A stretch of 63,896 nucleotides of DNA, counting the filler, from Octopus bimaculoides (taxonomy: Eukaryota), in the NCBI RefSeq assembly GCF_001194135.2. It is 5 parts of 3 records of this genome, joined end to end, with 100 filler letters (N's around TTAATTAATTAA, not from the genome) between each part and the next. Parts side by side here need not be neighbours in the genome. Positions count along the whole stretch, not along the records: positions 53,258 to 63,896 come from NC_068993.1; 4 more parts are not named here. One strand, given 5' to 3'. The notes below the pieces were generated by a model, which ran no database searches, had not been told where the DNA came from, and saw only the letters and a list, made by a program, of their open reading frames with translations. This document shows positions 63,765 to 63,896 of the stretch, in pieces. The translations under genes and the position numbers were made by a program. Numbering within the stretch: position 1 is the stretch's first letter; each line of letters opens with the position of its first letter.

Positions 63765-63896
63765 AAGTCATTTGACTGTAGCCATGCTGGAGCACTGCCC
63801 TTAGTTGAACCAATCGACCCGAAGGCTTATTCTTTGTAAGCCTAGTACGTATTCTATCAGCCTCTTTTGCTGAACTGCTAAGTTACAGGGACATAA
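63765..63896 (-). mobile_element. SINE family B 3' end, CpG-decayed
   Basis: TCATTTGACTGTAGCCATGCTGGAGCACTGCC...; most consensus CG sites read TG/CA. Confidence 0.85.

Overview
This is eukaryotic, AT-rich, heavily gapped genomic DNA. The SINE families and very dense (CA)n/(TA)n/(GA)n microsatellites suggest an octopus (coleoid cephalopod) assembly; this is my inference, not a database result. Four identical 100-bp linkers (44 N + TTAATTAATTAA + 44 N) split the window into five joined pieces. There is no complete gene, and most listed ORFs are artefacts of microsatellites and N gaps. Supported content: (i) a fragmentary minus-strand multi-exon gene of unrecognised product (exons near 25.0, 23.8, 17.3 and 8.7 kb); (ii) decayed DNA transposons (Tc1 IR/DR type, hAT with BED finger, several mariners, DD37D-like elements, a Helentron-type non-autonomous element); (iii) RTE, R4/Dong and Penelope-like retroelement remnants; (iv) at least three tRNA-derived SINE families. 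The most interesting signal is a tRNA-headed short element whose tail carries a minimal Penelope-type hammerhead ribozyme (3 copies, 2 with intact cores). Also notable are two Penelope-like copies whose GIY-YIG domain is split by a long Ser/Asn/Thr-rich insert, and a switch in CpG decay of one SINE family between the joined pieces. All alignments and translations were done by eye, so coordinates of degenerate repeats are approximate.
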